A stretch of DNA of 64,000 bases, taken from Planctomycetota bacterium (GTDB lineage: Bacteria > Planctomycetota > Planctomycetia > Pirellulales > Thermoguttaceae). Where the stretch lies: positions 1,734 through 65,733 of the forward strand of contig JAKPGL010000016.1 of assembly GCA_029550925.1 (NCBI GenBank), given 5' to 3'. Within the stretch, counting starts at the first letter, position 1, and each line of letters begins with the position of its first letter. A program made the translations under genes and the position numbers. Under the pieces are notes generated by a model. The model saw nothing but the letters and a program-made list of their open reading frames with translations, had not been told where the DNA came from and did not search any database. Below, in pieces: positions 9,315 to 17,689 of this stretch.

Positions 9315-12300
9315 CCAAAGACCCTTCGGCCGAAGAATTCCGAAGTTGCTTCCTCAATTCCTCCGTTAATTTTCGGAGGGCCTCGTCTAATTGTTGCACG
9401 CTTTCGGTCGAGGGAAAAGAGCCAGCCTGGGCGAGTTGTTCGATGGCCCACGCTTGTTGATAGATAGATGTATCGCCGAAAATGCGGACCGAGCCTTTCA
9501 AACGGTGGGCGGCCAGGCGGAGGGCGCGAGCGTCCTGCTGGGCGATGGCCTGGCGGATTGCCTCTTGAAGTTGGGGAGCTTCTTGCAGAAGGGTTTCTAC
9601 TACGGAACGCAATAAATATTCGTCGCCTCGGACCGCCCGCTTAGCCGCCTCCCAATCCACCAGCCCCACCAAGGCGGCCGCAGACAGTTCAGAAGGGTTT
9701 TCCGCCGGCGGCTCAGAGAGGCTTTGCGCCGTGTGCTCGGTCGGGGCTTGGTTTTTTTGCAGGACATCGGAGATGGCTTGGAAAAGGCGCCGGACTCGCA
9801 GAGGTTTGGAAATGTAATGGTCCATCCCATAGGCCCGCACTTTGACCAGTTCCTCGGAAAGTTCATGGGCGGTCAGAGCGATAATAGGCAGATGGCCCCC
9901 CTGCTGCTTTTCCCAACTGCGAATCGCTTGAGTCGCCTCCCAACCGTCCATCTCGGGCATGTGAAGGTCCATCAGCACCACATCAAAAGATTGAGTTTGG
10001 ACGGCATCCACCGCTTCCCGGCCTGTTCGGGCCAGGGTTACTTTATGCCCATATCGCTCCAACAGGCCGACGGCCAGTTGTTGGCCGACCGGACTGTCTT
10101 CGGCTACTAGAATCCGTAGCGGCGGCAGCGCCGGCACCCCAGAGGGTTCCTCACGTTTCGGGCGCTGCAGGGGCAAAGGACCGACGCCCACTCCCCACAG
10201 AACCAACTCCAACAACTCGGAGGGTGTATAAGGTTTTATTAACGTAGCCCCTTGCCAACGAGCGCCCGGGAACACCTCCGAACCAACGCACCCCGCAGGC
10301 GTCATCCCAATGACTCGGCAGCGGGTCTGGACGGACTGGCTAAGCCAGTCGGCTATTTGGGACTTCTCCTGCGCCGGCCAGGCAGCGGTCATAAGCAGCA
10401 GATCAAAACCGCCGCCCTCTCTAGCAGCGGCCTCCCAATGGTGTTTTGCCTCGGCGAGGTTGGACGCACAGCTCGGTTCCAGGCCCCAGCTTCGGAGCAA
10501 TCCTTCCAGGTTTTGCCGTTCCAACGGATGCGGCTCGAGGACCAATATCCGGCGGCCCTGAAGCGGGGCCAGTTGGTCAGGGGCGGGCCAAGGTTCTTCT
10601 TTCGACGCCAACCCAAACCGGGCGGTAAAGTGGAAACAACTTCCTTGGCCCAGTTGGCTCTCCGCCCAGATGCGGCCCTGCATGGAAGCCGCCAAACGAG
10701 AACAGATAGCCAGCCCAAGCCCTGTGCCGCCGTATTTCCGGGTGGTCGATTTGTCCGCCTGCTCGAACATCTCGAAGATGTTTTCCAATTTTTCCGGCGG
10801 AATACCGACGCCGGTGTCCCGCACCTGGAAGTGCAATTGGACGCTGTCGGCTTGCTGGTCCAGACACTCCACCTCCAAGCAAATCTCCCCGCGATCGGTA
10901 AACTTGATCGCATTGCCTACCAGGTTGCTGATCACCTGCCGCAATCGCAACGGATCGCCTACGAGCGTTTCCGGCGTATCCGGCGAGATATACCAAAGCA
11001 GGAGCAGACCTTTGCCATGGGCCAAAAAGGCGAGGTTCTTCAACGTCTCCGCCGTGAGTTCTCGTAACCGGAAGGGAATCTGTTCCAGTTCCAACCGCCC
11101 CGCCTCGATTTTTGAGAAATCCAATAAATCATTCAGGACCATCAAGAGGTTTTCCCCGGCGTCCCGGATCATTTCGACATAGGCCTGCTGAGCCGACTCC
11201 AAGGGGCCTTCTAAAACCAACTCCGTCAGCCCAAGCAACGCATGGAGCGGGGTGCGGATTTCATGGCTCACATTGGCTAGAAATTGGCTTTTGGCCTGGT
11301 TGGCGGCTTCGGCGGCTTCCTTGGCCGCCTTCAGTGCCTCGGCCGCCAACTTCTGTTCGGTAATATCGCGCGAAATGCCGTAGGTCCCGATAATCCGTCC
11401 CTCCGCATCCCGCAGGGGCAGCTTGGTGGTGGAAACCCAACTGATATGGCCGTCCGGCCAGGTTTCTTTTTCTTCTTTGTTCAGGATCGATCGGCCTGTT
11501 GCCAGGATGTATTGTTCGTCGGCCATCGCTTGTTCGGCGTGTTCCGGGGTGAAAAAGTCGAAGTCCGTTTTTCCCTCGGCTTCGCTGGGATGAGACAGTC
11601 CGAAGTACCGGGCCATGGCGCGGTTGATGCGGATGAACCGGCTCTGGTGGTCCTTGAAATAGATGTTATGGGGTAAATTGTCCATTAGGGTCTGGAGCAA
11701 GGTCCGTTCTTTTTCCAAGGCCATTTCGGCCCGCCGGCGGTCCGTAATGTCCCAAAAGATCACCTGAACGCCTACGATTTGGCCCGCCGCATCTCGAATG
11801 GGGAATTTCATCACCTGAACATATTTTCTTTCTCCCTCTTGCACATTTTCTTCCACCGTCTCCAAAAACTGCCCTGTCTCCATCACCCGACGGTCATCCG
11901 CTCGGTACTTTTCCGCCAAATCCGAGGGATAAAGATCAAAATCCGTTTTCCCGAGTATCTCCTCCAACGGCCGTTTCAAAAGCCGGCAAAAAGCCTGGTT
12001 AGCGAAAGTGAACCGCCCCTGGACGTTCTTTCGCAACACAGCCACCGGCAACCCTTCGACCAGCGAAGAATATAACGCCTGAGACTCCTGCAGCGTACGT
12101 TCTTGAAGTTCCAGGTTCTCTTTGGCCTTCCGGAGTTCGGCGGTTCGACGCTGCACCAAGGTCTGGACCTGCGCGTGCCGAGAGAGCACAAGATGAACAT
12201 AAGCCAACAACACGCAGAGCACGGACAACCCGCCCATGAATATAAGTTCTGGCGCCAAACTGGAATGCTTGGCCAAAAAGGTCGGCGTCGGCGCCCCGTA

Positions 12301-13365
12301 CAATCGCCACGGTTGGCCGAATATCTCCATCGGAGAATGCTCATGGAGCCCGGCAATCAACTCCGCACCGCTCAGGGGCCTGGTCGATTCACTCCCTACG
12401 TCCCCAGGCCAATAGCAAATTAACCGTCCGTTCTCTTCCGCCGAGCCGTGATACCAATAGAGATCGATCCCCAAGGGAGGCAACTCCTTGAGAGCCTGCT
12501 CCATGAGCACGCGGGCCTGGGAAACGCCAAAGACCACTCCTTCCGAAGTGGCCGATGGGGCTAACCCCGTTCCGCCTGCTCCCGGGGCCTGCCCCGCCAA
12601 TGCGTCGTCTTCCCCGGAAGGCAAATCAACCGAGCGGCCTGCCGCAGAACCCGAAGATCGGCTCGCCGATACACAAATGAAGTAAACCCATTCGTCCCGC
12701 TTGCCTCCCACCGCGATTTGCCCGATCGCCCTCTCCGACTTTCCAAACCCAAGTTGCTGAAGGATCGCGTCGCTTCCGCTGAGGGAATCTAAATCCATAC
12801 CTACCTTTAAAAAAGCCGGTTTCAACGCCTCTAAGTAGTAAATCTTTAACGCCTTCTGGCCGATCGGCGAACCGGGCGATTTCAGGGCGCCTGCCGGCGA
12901 ATCCGCCGCGGACGCAACCGGTTCTTTAACGCCTCCCGGTGCAGACCCCGAAGGAGAACCCGGCTTGACGCCCGGCGAACTTCTCACGCCGGTCCCTTCC
13001 AAAGTCCCCCTGTCAGGTCCAGCCCATCCAAGTTCGTGCAATCCTGGATGCTTGGCCAGCAGCGGGCGGGTGAACGTTTTGAACTCTTCCGGGGACACAT
13101 ACTGAGAAGCCTGAAAAAATGCCCCGACCTCTTCCACCGCCTCGAACGTGTTCCGAATGTGCTCTTCGATCGTATGGAACCGCTGCTGCACCTGGAGCCG
13201 GAAGTCCGTCTCCCGACGGCCTTGCTCCCAAAGAACTAAGCTATGATACATGGCCAGACAGCCAGCAACGCCCACGAAGGCAATCCCTCCCAGGATCACC
13301 CACCGGAGTCGCACCGACTGCACCCACTGCGTCTGCGACATAACGTCGCTACCTCGCTGCCCCAT
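9307..13365 (-). CDS. Hybrid sensor histidine kinase (CHASE-PAS-PAS-HisKA-HATPase-pseudoREC-REC-Hpt)
   Basis: Two TMs flank a CHASE-like region, then two PAS/PAC domains, 'FLANVSHEIRTPL', 'NLVGNAIKFT', 'GGTGLGLAI', REC 'VLMDLHMP' and Hpt 'AHRLKGS'. The start may be 13341. Confidence 0.9.
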   Translation of the reverse strand: MGQRGSDVMSQTQWVQSVRLRWVILGGIAFVGVAGCLAMYHSLVLWEQGRRETDFRLQVQQRFHTIEEHIRNTFEAVEEVGAFFQASQYVSPEEFKTFTRPLLAKHPGLHELGWAGPDRGTLEGTGVRSSPGVKPGSPSGSAPGGVKEPVASAADSPAGALKSPGSPIGQKALKIYYLEALKPAFLKVGMDLDSLSGSDAILQQLGFGKSERAIGQIAVGGKRDEWVYFICVSASRSSGSAAGRSVDLPSGEDDALAGQAPGAGGTGLAPSATSEGVVFGVSQARVLMEQALKELPPLGIDLYWYHGSAEENGRLICYWPGDVGSESTRPLSGAELIAGLHEHSPMEIFGQPWRLYGAPTPTFLAKHSSLAPELIFMGGLSVLCVLLAYVHLVLSRHAQVQTLVQRRTAELRKAKENLELQERTLQESQALYSSLVEGLPVAVLRKNVQGRFTFANQAFCRLLKRPLEEILGKTDFDLYPSDLAEKYRADDRRVMETGQFLETVEENVQEGERKYVQVMKFPIRDAAGQIVGVQVIFWDITDRRRAEMALEKERTLLQTLMDNLPHNIYFKDHQSRFIRINRAMARYFGLSHPSEAEGKTDFDFFTPEHAEQAMADEQYILATGRSILNKEEKETWPDGHISWVSTTKLPLRDAEGRIIGTYGISRDITEQKLAAEALKAAKEAAEAANQAKSQFLANVSHEIRTPLHALLGLTELVLEGPLESAQQAYVEMIRDAGENLLMVLNDLLDFSKIEAGRLELEQIPFRLRELTAETLKNLAFLAHGKGLLLLWYISPDTPETLVGDPLRLRQVISNLVGNAIKFTDRGEICLEVECLDQQADSVQLHFQVRDTGVGIPPEKLENIFEMFEQADKSTTRKYGGTGLGLAICSRLAASMQGRIWAESQLGQGSCFHFTARFGLASKEEPWPAPDQLAPLQGRRILVLEPHPLERQNLEGLLRSWGLEPSCASNLAEAKHHWEAAAREGGGFDLLLMTAAWPAQEKSQIADWLSQSVQTRCRVIGMTPAGCVGSEVFPGARWQGATLIKPYTPSELLELVLWGVGVGPLPLQRPKREEPSGVPALPPLRILVAEDSPVGQQLAVGLLERYGHKVTLARTGREAVDAVQTQSFDVVLMDLHMPEMDGWEATQAIRSWEKQQGGHLPIIALTAHELSEELVKVRAYGMDHYISKPLRVRRLFQAISDVLQKNQAPTEHTAQSLSEPPAENPSELSAAALVGLVDWEAAKRAVRGDEYLLRSVVETLLQEAPQLQEAIRQAIAQQDARALRLAAHRLKGSVRIFGDTSIYQQAWAIEQLAQAGSFPSTESVQQLDEALRKLTEELRKQLRNSSAEGSLDA

Positions 13366-13730
13366 CTTCGCCTACCTTTGTCCAGATCGCTCCCCGCTCA
13401 GAAACGACGCTGTTTTCAAAACCCAATCACCTTACTTTATGAAAAAGAAAATTACAAGACTTCTAACCCAAAAACAGGAAAAAAACGTGAACAAACTAAC
13501 CAGTCCTTACTCGGCTGGATATTTGCCGCAGGATTTTTAACAGCGATTTTGGGAACCCAGAAAGCTGGGGAAGAACATTTTCCAGGAAAAGGGGCTTTGG
13601 CATCCTTTTGGGTGCTTCTTTTGAGGGACTTTTTCCCTTATCTTTTATCCTAGGAAGGTTTCTTTGCGCAAACAAGCCTAGTATTCCAGGGAGAGGCTCA
13701 AAATTTTGGTTTTTCCACCAAGGAAAGAGG

Positions 13731-14798
13731 ATGGCTGAGGAAAGTTTAGCAGCTTTGGGGTCAGGACGGTTACATCCGGTGGAAACTCGGTTAGCCACTG
13801 TCTGGCCCCCCCAAGAGTGGCTATCCCGGGGGGTGATTCTTGCCCTTTCCGGAGGGCCGGATAGTGTGGCCCTGTTCCGGGCTATGCTGGCCCTGCGCCA
13901 AGACCAGTCCACCGATAACGGGGGGCTAATAGTAGCCCATTTTAACCATCGGCTTCGGGGACCGGCTTCTGACGAAGATGCCCAATGGGTGGAAAACCTT
14001 TGCCAGCGGTGGGCGGTACCGTGCCAAATCGGTTCCCCTCGTTCGGCCGATGAGCTGATGACCCAAAAAGGCAGTCCCTCCGAAGCCCTGGCCCGAAAAG
14101 CCCGTTATCAGTTCCTCCGCCAAGTGGCCGAACAGTATGGGTTCCGATATGTAGCTACCGCCCATACGGCCGATGATCAGGTCGAAACCATCCTCCATCG
14201 AATTTTCCGAGGTACCGGTATTGCCGGGTTGGCCGGCATGAGCCGGGCCAGGCTCCTCAGCCCAGCGGTTACGCTCATCCGTCCTTTTTTGAGCTTCAGC
14301 AGGCAGGAACTGCGGCAATATCTGGCCGATCTGGGCCAAGATTATCGCCACGATGCCTCCAATGAAGATGTTCGGTTTACCAGGAACCGGATTCGGCGGC
14401 AATTATTGCCTCTTCTTAGGGATCAGTTTAATCCCCATGTGGAGGAGGCCGTTTTACGCCTGGGCCGATTGGCCGGGGAAGTTGCCGAATGGATCCACAC
14501 GGAAGCTGCCCGACAATTGAAAGAAACGGCTTTTCACGAGGGGCAGACGTGGGTGTTTCGGGCGGATCGCTTGGCTAAATTGCCCAACTTTCTTATTCGG
14601 GAAATCTTTCGCAGTTTATGGCGTCAACAGGGCTGGCCCCAACAACAGATGGGCCAGGCCGAGTGGGAACTCCTGGTAGAGGCAGTCCGGCAGGCCATCC
14701 ACTTACCCCATCAAAGGTTAGTCCGCAGGACCCTGCCCGGAGCGATTTTCGTGGAGGCGGTGGCCGGCCAAGTACGGGTTTACCCTCTTAAGGGGTAG
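13731..14798 (+). CDS. tilS: tRNA(Ile)-lysidine synthetase
   Basis: PP-loop 'SGGPDS', 'HFNHRLRG', 'HTADDQVET', 'IRPFL', 'RNRIR'. ATG 13731 follows a purine-rich RBS. Confidence 0.92.
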   Translation: MAEESLAALGSGRLHPVETRLATVWPPQEWLSRGVILALSGGPDSVALFRAMLALRQDQSTDNGGLIVAHFNHRLRGPASDEDAQWVENLCQRWAVPCQIGSPRSADELMTQKGSPSEALARKARYQFLRQVAEQYGFRYVATAHTADDQVETILHRIFRGTGIAGLAGMSRARLLSPAVTLIRPFLSFSRQELRQYLADLGQDYRHDASNEDVRFTRNRIRRQLLPLLRDQFNPHVEEAVLRLGRLAGEVAEWIHTEAARQLKETAFHEGQTWVFRADRLAKLPNFLIREIFRSLWRQQGWPQQQMGQAEWELLVEAVRQAIHLPHQRLVRRTLPGAIFVEAVAGQVRVYPLKG

Positions 14799-14947
14799 TA
14801 TCCTCTCCTTTGAATACGTATAAAAATATCCCATTTTATAACAATTTTGCCCAAATTAGGCCATTTCAGGTTATCTCGGGATCTTGGGCTTTCCCCCTTT
14901 CTTTTCCCAATAATGGGTGTTTACAAAATAACCCAACACAAAACCGG

Positions 14948-15140
14948 GTAACACGTTAGCCGAATGCTGTCCTTGGCACTGCCGCGCAAGCGCCCAATTT
15001 AGGCTTCTTGCAGCCTCTCCTTGGGAAGAATAACAACGTAGCCGCTTCCTAGGAACTGGATTCTCGCTTGCGCGGGAATGACAATACAGGGCAAATTCCG
15101 CCCTAAAATAAGCCTCCTTTGGATTCGGCTAAAATGGTAC
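14948..15140 (-). mobile_element. MITE-like element with REP doublet, copy 2 (8-bp TSD)
   Basis: Ends gtaacacgttagccgaatgctg and ttcggctaaaatggtac. Flanked by direct repeat AAAACCGG at 14940-14947 and 15141-15148. Reverse orientation relative to copy 1. Confidence 0.9.
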
Positions 15141-15257
15141 AAAACCGGAAACTTTTTTCCCGTCCGGTGCGTCCAAAAGATGAACACACTTTTTGATCGG
15201 CACGGCTGGCTGAGCAGCGGCCAGGTTATATGGACCTTCTTTGCAAGGAGTTTGGCC

Positions 15258-17600
15258 ATGAGACGACGCATTATGGGTTTGGGGTTGGTGTTGGTGTTTC
15301 TCCTGCCTCTGGTGGCGCAAGCCCAAGGGGTTTTAGTGGTGGAGGATCCGGGGCAATCGGTACGGTTGCCCCGGCCGGGCATTATCTGGCCGCCGCCTTA
15401 TCCGCCGCATCCCCCGCATCCGGTACCCCCGCCGCCTCCGCCGCCGGCTACCTATAAGATCAAGGAACTCAGCGTCAATGCTCGGATTGTCGATCAGGTG
15501 GCCAGTGTGCAGGTTACCCAGTCGTTCGTCAATACCGGGAGCCGACAGTTGGAAGTTTCGTTCGTCTTCCCGTTGCCCTACGATGGGGCGATTGATCAAC
15601 TGACCCTGATGGTCGATGGGAAGGAATACCCGGCCAAACTGATGAAGGCCGAGGAGGCCCGCCGACTCTACGAAAACATTGTTCGCAAGAACAAAGACCC
15701 GGCCCTATTGGAGTGGATCGGCACGGGGCTGTTTAAGACCAGTGTGTTTCCGGTGCCGCCGGGCGCAGAGCGGAAGGTGATCCTCCGCTATAACCAGCTT
15801 TGCCGAAAGTTCGAGGGGCTCACCGATTTCCTGTTCCCCTTGAGCACCGCCAAATACACGTCCGATCCGGTCGATGAGATCAATTTCCGGATCAGCATCG
15901 AAAGCCAGGATGAGATTAAAAATGTGTATAGTCCCACCCATCCGGTCGATATCAAGCGCCCGGACGATAAACACGCTACGGTAAGCTGGAAGGTGGAAAA
16001 GCAGATACCGGCCAGCGATTTCCGCCTGTTCTACGATATTGGCAAAGGGACGGTCAGCACTCGGGTCGTAAGCTATCGGCCCAACGACAAAGACGACGGT
16101 TATTTTCTCTTGTTGGCTAGCCCCAAGATCGAGCAGACCGGGGAACGGCCTAAGAAAACGGTGATTTTCGTAGTGGATCGTTCGGGCAGCATGAGCGGCA
16201 AGAAGATCGAGCAGGCCCGAAACGCCGCCAAATTTATCCTCCAGAACCTCCGGGAAGGCGACACATTCAACATCATCGCCTACGATAGCACGGTCGAAGT
16301 CTTTCGACCGGAGCTTCAGCGCTATAACGACGAAACCCGTCGGGCCGCTCAGGGATTTATTGAAGGGCTTTATGCCGGCGGCAGCACGAATATCGACGGC
16401 GCGTTGAAAGCCGCCCTGGCCCAACTGACAGATCCAAGCCGGCCCAGCTACATCATCTTCCTGACCGACGGTCTGCCCACCGCCGGCGAAACCAACGAAA
16501 TGCGGATCACCGCCAACGCCAAGGAAAACAACAAGGTGCGGGCCAGGATTTTCGCCTTTGGCGTTGGCTATGATGTGAACGCTCGGCTGTTGGATCGGCT
16601 TGTGTCGGAGAACTTCGGCCAGAGCGAATACGTCCGGCCCGAGCAGGACCTGGAAGATGCGGTGTCCAGGTTCTATCGCCGGATCGAATCCCCGGTGATG
16701 ACCGATGTAAAGATTGAGATCACGGTGGATACGGCCAAGCCGGAGGACGGCCCGATCGTCAACCGCATGTATCCCAAGGGGCCGATCGACCTGTTTGCCG
16801 GGCAGCAATTGGTCCTGGTGGGCCGATACAAAAAGTCCGGGGCGGCCAAGGTGGTTGTCCAGGGCAAAGTGGGCGATCATGTGCAGAAGCTGGACTTCCC
16901 GGCCAATCTGGTGGAAAAAAGCCCGGATGAAAGCCTCGGCTTTGTGGAAAAACTCTGGGCGATCCGCCGGATCGGCGAAATCCTGGACGAAATTGATCTG
17001 AAGGGCAAAAACGACGAGTTGGTCAAGGAGCTTGTGGAGTTGGCCACCCGGCACGGCGTGGTAACCCCGTACACCTCGTTCTTGGCCGACGAGAATGCCC
17101 CGATCGGTGCGGTAACGGCCAATGTGGATCGGGCCAACCGACGGCTGGAGGCCCTGGCCCAGGCCGACGGTTTCGGCGGCGTTGGCCAACGGGCCTTCCG
17201 CGGGGCAATGAAAGCGGCTGAACAGGCAGCGCCGGCGCCCAGTATGGGGCTGCCTGGAGGACCGCCGCCTGCAGCCGAGGCGGCTCGGGCCTTCAAAGAA
17301 TCCGGTAATGCCCTCGGAGGCGCTTTGGCTAGGGAGGCCGCCGACGCCGATCGGGAAGTCCTCCAGGCTGGCCAAAACATGCGCCAGGTGGGCAACCGCA
17401 CCTTCTACCGTCGGCAAAACCAGTGGATCGACTCCACCCTGATGGAAACCCAGCAAAAGAACGTCCAGCGCATTAAACAGTTTAGCCGAGAGTACTTCGA
17501 CTTGGCTAACCGCTACGGACGGACCATGTCCCAGTACCTCGTCTTTGACGAGCCAGTCATGGTCAACCTGGGCAACCAAGCCTACTTGATCGAACCGTAA
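15258..17600 (+). CDS. Secreted VIT + von Willebrand factor A domain protein
   Basis: ATG 15258 after AAGGAG. Signal peptide, Pro-rich linker, VIT region ('DPALLEW'), MIDAS 'DRSGSMSG', 'FLTDGLPT'. Confidence 0.9.
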   Translation: MRRRIMGLGLVLVFLLPLVAQAQGVLVVEDPGQSVRLPRPGIIWPPPYPPHPPHPVPPPPPPPATYKIKELSVNARIVDQVASVQVTQSFVNTGSRQLEVSFVFPLPYDGAIDQLTLMVDGKEYPAKLMKAEEARRLYENIVRKNKDPALLEWIGTGLFKTSVFPVPPGAERKVILRYNQLCRKFEGLTDFLFPLSTAKYTSDPVDEINFRISIESQDEIKNVYSPTHPVDIKRPDDKHATVSWKVEKQIPASDFRLFYDIGKGTVSTRVVSYRPNDKDDGYFLLLASPKIEQTGERPKKTVIFVVDRSGSMSGKKIEQARNAAKFILQNLREGDTFNIIAYDSTVEVFRPELQRYNDETRRAAQGFIEGLYAGGSTNIDGALKAALAQLTDPSRPSYIIFLTDGLPTAGETNEMRITANAKENNKVRARIFAFGVGYDVNARLLDRLVSENFGQSEYVRPEQDLEDAVSRFYRRIESPVMTDVKIEITVDTAKPEDGPIVNRMYPKGPIDLFAGQQLVLVGRYKKSGAAKVVVQGKVGDHVQKLDFPANLVEKSPDESLGFVEKLWAIRRIGEILDEIDLKGKNDELVKELVELATRHGVVTPYTSFLADENAPIGAVTANVDRANRRLEALAQADGFGGVGQRAFRGAMKAAEQAAPAPSMGLPGGPPPAAEAARAFKESGNALGGALAREAADADREVLQAGQNMRQVGNRTFYRRQNQWIDSTLMETQQKNVQRIKQFSREYFDLANRYGRTMSQYLVFDEPVMVNLGNQAYLIEP

Positions 17601-17656
17601 ATGGGCGGTGGGGCTTCCCGGCGCGTTGCCCCCCTATGTTTTCACAGTCAACGAGG

Positions 17657-17685
17657 GTAAGGGCGGGTTTTGAACCCGCCCTTAC
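17657..17685. repeat. Perfect palindrome (GTAG-type REP-like / bidirectional terminator) between convergent genes
   Basis: gtaagggcgggtt-ttg-aacccgcccttac, a 13-bp perfect stem. Confidence 0.7.
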
Positions 17686-17689
17686 TGTT

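Noticed and set aside
15705..17579. Long antisense ORFs (624 aa here; also 21054-22316, 40661-41941, 45051-46205, 49704-51239)
   Set aside because: Shadow frames of well-supported genes in high-GC DNA, with no recognisable motifs.
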